From: Camelus dromedarius
Taxonomy: Eukaryota
Reading direction: 5' to 3'
Assembly (NCBI RefSeq): GCF_036321535.1
Contig: NC_087442.1
Location: 11,408,001-11,472,000 of the forward strand
DNA length: 64,000 bases
This document shows positions 49,351 to 64,000 of the stretch, piece after piece (within the stretch, counting starts at the first letter, position 1; each line of letters opens with the position of its first letter). Under the pieces are notes generated by a model. The model ran no database searches and had not been told where the DNA came from. It was given only the letters and a program-made list of their open reading frames with translations. The position numbers were made by a program, and so were the translations under genes.

Positions 49351-49895
49351 NNNNNNNNNNNNNNNNNNNNNNNNNNNNNNNNNNNNNNNNNNNNNNNNNN
49401 NNNNNNNNNNNNNNNNNNNNNNNNNNNNNNNNNNNNNNNNNNNNNNNNNNNNNNNNNNNNNNNNNNNNNNNNNNNNNNNNNNNNNNNNNNNNNNNNNNNN
49501 NNTGAAGTAAGCCAGAAAAAGAAAGAAAAATACCATATGATATCACTTATATGTGGAATCTAAAAAACAACAACAAAAAAACGAAGTTATTTACAAAACA
49601 GAAACAGACTCACAGACATAGCAAACTTATGGTTACTTGGGGGAGAAGGGGGTGGGAAGGGATAGATTGGGAGTTCTAGATTTACAGATACTGACTAATG
49701 TACATAAAATAGATAAACAACAAGTTTATACTGTATAGCACAGGGAACTATATTCAGTATCTAGTAGTAATTTACGGTGAAAAAGAATTTGAAAACAAAT
49801 ATATGTATGTTCCTATATGACTGAAGTATTGTGCTATACGCCAGAAATTGACACAATATCGTAAACTGACTATACTTCAATTAAAAAAAACAAAG
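49351..49895 (+). mobile_element. Young 5'-truncated L1 (3' UTR); 5' junction hidden by 152-N gap (49351-49502)
   Basis: tgaagtaagccagaaaaagaaagaaaaataccatatgatatcacttatatgtggaatc...gtaaactgactatacttcaattaaaaaaaa; TSD agagaccatgta at 49339-49350 and 49896-49907. Confidence 0.9.
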
Positions 49896-50671
49896 AGAGA
49901 CCATGTAGAAAAATAAAAAGAAAGTTTCACACCCGAGGTTCTAGGGAAACAAGAGTCAGAGGTTATTCAGGGGACCCCCTGAGTTCTGGGTGAGACTAAA
50001 CAGGTAGAGAGAACGGGGGTTTAGAAAGACAGAAAACAGTGAAGCCAGAGCCCTGAGTCAGCCCCTGGAGATGAGCTATTTCATCCCTAGTTACCCTGTA
50101 AGTCTGTACTGCTAGAGAACTCTAGTTCATATACGATGCTAGTGAAATTGTCCAAAAATAGTCCTGAAGCTATCTAGGTTAGATACTAACCACTGTTCAG
50201 CAATGCCCTTTAATTTGGGCTAAAGCTTAATATCCCACTAGGATCATTCGTGTGTCGACATTTATTGCCTATTCTGTGCCAAGCACTGGTTAAGACGCAG
50301 GTATACAAAGAAGATGCAATCCTTGTCTCACAGTCTAAGAGTCTAAGGCAAGATAAGGAAATCAGTATTTATGACCGTGGCCTAAACGTCTGACATATAA
50401 TGATGCTCAATAAATACCGAGTGGCTGGGTCAATACTACAATAGAAGTGTGCACAAAAACAACGGGTCTTCCCAAAGGACATTCATCCCTTTGCCACAAC
50501 ATGGATGAACCTGAAGGTTCACTAGTTTGCACACCTGTACACAGAAACCATCCCTTGAAGAATAAACAACTACTGAACACCATCACACACAGGCGCTACC
50601 AGGTTTATGACACTAAAAGGGGAGGAGGAGCGACAGGCAAGATATTATCACTCTTTTTATAGAAAGAATAC

Positions 50672-50677
50672 TTTAAT
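50672..50677 (-). terminator. Probable SSBP1 polyadenylation signal ATTAAA
   Basis: tttaat on + strand, about 83 nt past the stop; consistent with the short SSBP1 3' UTR. Confidence 0.6.
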
Positions 50678-50759
50678 TTGTGTCCTTAGAAAGTATAAAG
50701 ACTATCATGATTTGGAAATGAGACTGTACCAAACAATGGCCAAAGAAGAATCGTCCGTT

Positions 50760-58609
<7,850 letters not shown>

Positions 58610-59099
58610 GGCTTCTATATTCTTTTCTTACAATCTAATCTTTGGTCTTTCCCTGAAGAAAAAAGAGATAAATTAAATCCTGTAGCAAGAGCACAAATTC
58701 ACTAAATCATAAATTCTTAACTGCACTCATGACGTCTATGCAATGCACCTTGCGACCGTATCAACATCCCTACACATTTAATGAAGATTTCCTCCCCTTC
58801 CCAAAAAAGTCCTCGCACCTGTCTTTTTATTCCCCTTAACTTCCTCTTCCTCCAACCCATTCTGATTCTATTCCAATTTCCACTCCATTGTCTTTTCAAA
58901 TTTCATTAAAATGCAAATCCCCCTCGAGCGAAAATTTTTGCCTGATTTATTCACTGTTACATCCAATACTCTTAAAACAGTTCCTAAGACATAGTAACGG
59001 CTCAGTAAATATTAGAATGTTATCAAGGACTTGTATCTGAAACGTGCTGTTGCAAAAATTACTGCCTCCATCCCCGTTAGCAAGGACCTAGAAGATCCC

Positions 59100-59680
59100 T
59101 GGGCTTCTCCACCTCACCGCCGAGAGGTGCGGGCGCCCTTTCTCAAAGGTGACGCTCACGACCAACAACGGAAAGCGCCTGGAAGGTGGGGTGGAATCGC
59201 GGAGTCCTCAGCGCGAGTAAGAAGAAAAAAGCCAGACACGACACAGCACCACCTCCCGACCCACGCAGGGCCGTACGCACACCGAACACAACACTAGCGC
59301 CTTCCGCGCGCCCTCCCTCCCGGACCTGACGCTCGGGCCCGGACAGCCTCCAGGTAGGAATCACTTCCGGGAGCAACCGGGACTCAAGGCTCGCGAGAGG
59401 AAGGAGGCAACGGAAAGTCCGCGGCGTGCGTCGTAGAAACGCGCCGGCCGGCACCGCGGGAAACATATCCCCTTAACGCGGTAGTTCCGGGAGCTTCCTT
59501 CCGGAGGGAGCGAGTGGGTCGACGCCGCCAAGTGGTGAATGGATCTGATTTAAGTTTCTTATGAAATGAAGTTACTTTTTGAAGAGGTTCCCAGCCCGGC
59601 CCTGGACGCGACGAGGTAGGCGAAACACGGGATAGCTCTGCCTCTGGGAAAAAACAGAAAGGTTCAGGTCTCCAAAAGCA
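59100..59680 (-). promoter_or_regulatory. SSBP1 CpG-island promoter with non-coding first exon (boundaries unresolved); probably bidirectional
   Basis: Only dense CpG cluster in the window, 0.5-1 kb upstream of SSBP1 exon 2. ETS/GABP sites CCGGAAGTG (59370-59362) and CCGGAAG (59504-59498); GCTCGCGAGA (59389-59398), 9/10 match to the TCTCGCGAGA element. Confidence 0.85.
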
Positions 59681-61269
59681 CAAATTAAAAAACAAAACAA
59701 ATACATAGAAAAAGGGGTAGGGAAAGAGCTGAAAGCGCAGAATTTAAGAGTAATCAAAAAATTGGAAATTAAATATTTTAATGCAGTATTTAAAAAAGTA
59801 AGTGTTAAGGCAAAAAAAAAAACCGTGAATAAAACATGAAAATTTTTATTAAATACAGTATCTAAGCCAGATTGGATCGTGAGGCACCAGGAAAAACGTG
59901 CGCCACTATATACATGTTTTTATATATTTAAAAAGAATTTTCCCAGAACATTAAAGTACTAGAAGAAATATTGAATATTTGAAAATTATGTGTATTAAAA
60001 CTCACATTGTTTTAAGTTTAAATTTCTTATTTATTCCAAAAACAGGATTATAATTTTACCTTTCTGGCTTTAATGGAAGTAAACTGATTGATGAGATTTT
60101 TAAATATTCCAAATATTTCCTGAGGAAGTGGCAATCTTAAATAATTTTTATTAACTTCAGCTTACTGATCTCGTCTTTATTTAGAATCTGATAATTTGTT
60201 CATTGGGGATTTTTTTAAATTAATTTCAATATTTAAAAAATATTGTATTAACAAACATATCATTAATCTTGATTGCTGGGTTTCTTGGCATCTCTTAAAT
60301 TTTGCCTCATTCACCCTAATCCTGACCCTGGTTGGAGGAGGGGAATGGAGCCCCACAGATTGCAGAATACAGGCCAGAAGGTGCCTCCCTGGGTTTCCCC
60401 ATCACCTGGCCCTGGCACTGTCCAGCTTCTGGAAAAGGAAGGTACCCTCCAAATCATGCTAACAAGCGAATCTCCTCATCCAGAACCTACTTAAAGCCTT
60501 TCAATGCCGTATTCTTACCCTAAAAGGAAAAAATACAAACTACTTAATGTGGTTTCCAACACACACCTTAACCCACTCTTTAAAGTATGACTTTCTGGTT
60601 GGTATATTTCTAGACACTTACGTCCATTTTACTTCCACCATCAAGGTATTCAGTCCTGGAAACATACCATGTTATACTGCCTTCAGGCTTTGTGCAAGTA
60701 TTAATCATCCCACACTCCACCATGTTTCTATGTCATGATTTCCTCTGATGATTTCCCATTTAAAAATCCTACTTCCATTTGAGCTGTTGAGTAAAGTGAA
60801 AAACCAAATTCATCCTTTCCTTCAAAGCCAGGTGTCCCCCTTCTAAGCTCCTTGTTTATTTTAGTGGTACCAAGGTTCTCCCAGATCTGACCTTTGGAAT
60901 CATCTTTGAAACTTATCCCTGGTCACCTACATCCATTCATCCACATCCAGTCACTTGGTCCTAAAAAGTTCTTTTTTCATTATGTCACAGATCTCTCCCT
61001 CTTTCTTTCCATCCACAAATACTTTGGGGTAAAGATTGTGGGAGAGATTGTCAGAAAAAAAGCAGAAAACACCATGCAAATTGAATATAGACACACGTTG
61101 GACAAACTCTTATAACTTTATAAATAACATCTTGATGGAAAATCTGGGATAATCTGAATTCTCTCTCAGACAGGAATTACCAATACACATTCTCCTTAGA
61201 CTGTTGTCTGTAGAACATAGCAAGTGCAGTTTTCTTTGACAAAAGCATATTAAAACATATAAAATTTTA

Positions 61270-61417
61270 GAGGGAAGGGTATGGCTCGGTGGTAGAGCAT
61301 GTGCTTAACATGCACAAGGTATCCTGGGTTCAATCCCCAGTGCCTCCATTAAATAAATAAATAAATAAACAAACCAAATTACCCGCCCACCCAAAAAATA
61401 AAAATAAAAAATAATTA
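61270..61417 (+). mobile_element. Vic-1-like tRNA-derived SINE with 19-bp TSD
   Basis: gagggaagggtatggctcggtggtagagc...gggttcaatccccagtgcctcc (taaa)n tail; TSD 61251-61269 / 61418-61436. Confidence 0.9.
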
Positions 61418-63216
61418 TAAAATGTATAAAATTTTAAAATATACAATGTCATGGAAGAACAGAGTTAAAGCATTTTCTTCTGCTATCAGATAGATCCTCC
61501 TTCCCAACATGGACAGACACTTCAGGGTTGCTTTGCTCTCACTGTCCTCTCCCCATACTTAACAAATTTCTGTATTCAAGTCGTCCTTCCTTGTTCTCAC
61601 ATTTCACTTTCTTTAAATGTCTATGAAGGTGCCTCCCTCTCCCCATTGATTGTCAGCTCTTAGAGAACAGGGACCTTGCCGTGAATATCCAATTAGCAAT
61701 AAGCTTTAAAACAAGAACAGGCCTTTGAAGGGCCCAGGCCACGGGCCAGGACAAAGAAATAGAACCCAGAAAGATACTCAAATTGGCCTGAATTGGGGAA
61801 TTAAAAAAAAAAAAAAAAGAATCAAGGACCTGGAAGAGTAGCTGAAATGTATTTTTGTATTAAACATAGCCCTTTCAAGAATCTACAGTTTGCATTTTGA
61901 TTAAGAAATTCTGAAACCTCTCCATTGTGGATATATACCTGCACACACACTTTAACATTATCATAAACTTTCTGTAGTTCATCCATGGACCCAGAAAGGG
62001 CCTTTTCAATGCTGAGAAGTGGTGAAAGCATCGTGGCTTTAATCAGCAAGCATAGCCTTTGGCAATAGTGAAATAATTCAGGGCTTTCGTCCTTTGCAAA
62101 GCTCTCTGAGAAAGAGACATGGCCACAAAGTTATCTTTGTCCTTGCCTTTTTTCCCCTCTAAATTAAAAAAGTCTCAGTTATAGGCATCAAGTGGTAGAG
62201 ACAGGTTTGGCAGTGCTTTTATGCAGATAAGAAATGGACAATTTTGACATTTTTTAGATATTTCAATCAAGTTCTCGCTTTGCTTTTAAATCAGTTTTTC
62301 CTCAAGCCTGATAATAACTGTTGGAAAATTACGGTACTTGTTACCTGAACTGATTACTAGCATCTATTTTACATTGATTGAAAAGCAGCATTAGCAATAC
62401 TCCATAGTTACTGTAGTTTCTCCATAGTTACTCTCCATTTTCTGTTAAATTTAAAAAAAAATCAACCTGACAATTTTTATGCAATTCAGGATTGACATTA
62501 TGGTTCATATATTTTTTAAAAAGCCTAATTGTTCAGGCTGAAATGTTGACATTTATCTTTCAACGTTCATCTTTCTACAGCTTTAGGTAAATAGCTTCCA
62601 TAAATTGGTAGATATGTTAGAGCTTAGTAAAGCACAGTAGTATTTCTTTATGACTTCTTTAACTCACGATTATCTATTGGCAGCTTAATGTCAGTGATCA
62701 TGTTTAAGGTACATCTATAAAAACGCAACGTATTTATTTCCTAAAGTATGTAAATTTAACATCCTTAAGGTTATCAGCTCAATGATGTTCATATTCCATA
62801 GTTTGATATTTAATAGTTAGATCCTTGGTTATCTTGTGATCTCAGCTCAGAAACAGAACTTCATGATGGAGGATGGAGCTTCTTACCGAGGCAAGGGGAT
62901 AAACTTGCAACTGAAATGGAATGGGTTAAATCCCGAGCCCAGTGAAGACTCAGCCCCTCTCACACTTAGCGTCTATGCAGCTACCTGCACTTTTGGTGGC
63001 TTCCTGCTACCATGGAGCCCAGCAGAGAGAAATGGAGAGAAACCAATAGTCTGGCACCAGGTCCATTCAGGTGCCAGTGTAGGCTTCAAGGAACATGGTA
63101 GAAAAAGGGTCATAGACCCTAATAGGTGTCAATGCCTGAGAAGACAAGTATAACCATCGAATTCTGGTCTATGCATTGCATACTCTTAATGATACACCTG
63201 TTTATAAATCACAAGA

Positions 63217-63334
63217 GGGGAGGGTGTATCTCAATGATAGAGTGCGTATGTAGCATGCACAAGGTCCTGGGTTCAATCCCCAGTACCTCCATATAAATAT
63301 ATACCTAATTAGCCCCTGCAAAAATCAATCAATC
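63217..63334 (+). mobile_element. Vic-1-like tRNA-derived SINE
   Basis: ggggagggtgtatctcaatgatagag...gcatgcacaaggtcctgggttcaatccccagtacctcc...acctaattagcccc; short TSD aatcacaa. Confidence 0.88.
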
Positions 63335-63840
63335 AATCACAAAGTGTGCTTGACCCTACTCTGTATTGCAAGGCACATGGCTGGTGATTGGAGGGGAGAG
63401 AGAGAAACCTGAATGAAGACAAGTTTTTTTAAATGCCAATAGGCAATACAGAGCACTACACACCACTTAATTGCATGGAAGAAATGGCTGCTCCAAAACA
63501 GAAGAATGATATGATGGTTTATTCAATTTTTTTAACTTTTAATTTTCTTTTAAAAATTAAGGGAAAAGAAGAAAATAAGGGAGCAAAAAAGCCTACCAGC
63601 CATTAAGAGGCTAACGTTATGAATATGACACAACTAGAAGTTCTCAAAAGCTTTTGTGACCAGTGTTATTTTATATCATAGCCGTGTAGATGGGCCTTAA
63701 AGCCAAGACCTGTTAGCCTGAAAATTCCCTCTCCTCTGTGCTCATGAAATGGTTTCCAACATAAATTTCTCATTCATTGTTAGTTACATATTTACAAAGA
63801 AGAGTGCCACTCATATTTGGCTTTGGACAAGATAAAAACC

Positions 63841-63846
63841 TTTATT
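63841..63846 (-). terminator. Candidate polyadenylation signal of the upstream minus-strand gene (WEE2 by synteny; its CDS is outside the window)
   Basis: Minus strand reads ...aatgtttgtAAATAAAgg, a typical 3' UTR end; gene identity rests on synteny only. Confidence 0.35.
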
Positions 63847-64000
63847 TACAAACATTCTAATCCTTTAAAAAATATGTGCAGAGAAAATGATTTAGATAAA
63901 ACATGATTTTTAAAAAGTCACAGGAAGCAAAGCCAACTTCTGATAAAAATCGAGGAGAAATTGGTGACCCCTGGAAAGTAAAAAACAGTAATTAACAGTT

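Noticed and set aside
62400-62432. 13-bp direct repeat ctccatagttact at 20-bp period
   Set aside because: Simple slippage duplication; no further units.
59700-64000. WEE2 coding exons expected by synteny
   Set aside because: No WEE2 kinase or C-terminal peptide found in any frame; the CDS must lie beyond the window.

Overview
This is mammalian genomic DNA, probably camelid, inferred from tRNA-derived Vic-1-like SINEs and no ruminant Bov-tA/BovB or primate Alu seen. It is syntenic with the human 7q34 block PRSS37-TAS2R5-TAS2R4-TAS2R3-SSBP1-(WEE2). Intact genes: PRSS37 (+, 5 coding exons, 235 aa, testis pseudoprotease), TAS2R4 (-, 295 aa), TAS2R3 (-, 316 aa) and SSBP1 (-, 6 coding exons, 148 aa, CpG-island promoter). 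TAS2R5 is a pseudogene (R55* plus a frameshift). About 3 kb away lies a much more decayed tandem paralog of TAS2R5, probably the counterpart of human TAS2R6P. The rest is mostly interspersed repeats (MIR, L2, L1, MaLR/ERV LTRs, hAT transposons, young SINE/L1 insertions with TSDs) plus two N gaps inside L1s. I found no clearly new biological system. The best leads are: perfect, same-orientation POU octamers upstream of both intact TAS2Rs; a splice acceptor 9 nt before the TAS2R4 ATG; a 22-bp block conserved between the two TAS2R5 paralog flanks; and unexplained splice-flanked minus-strand segments between the SSBP1 promoter and the presumed WEE2 3' end. Gene names and human comparisons come from recalled sequences, not database searches. 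Repeat boundaries are approximate.
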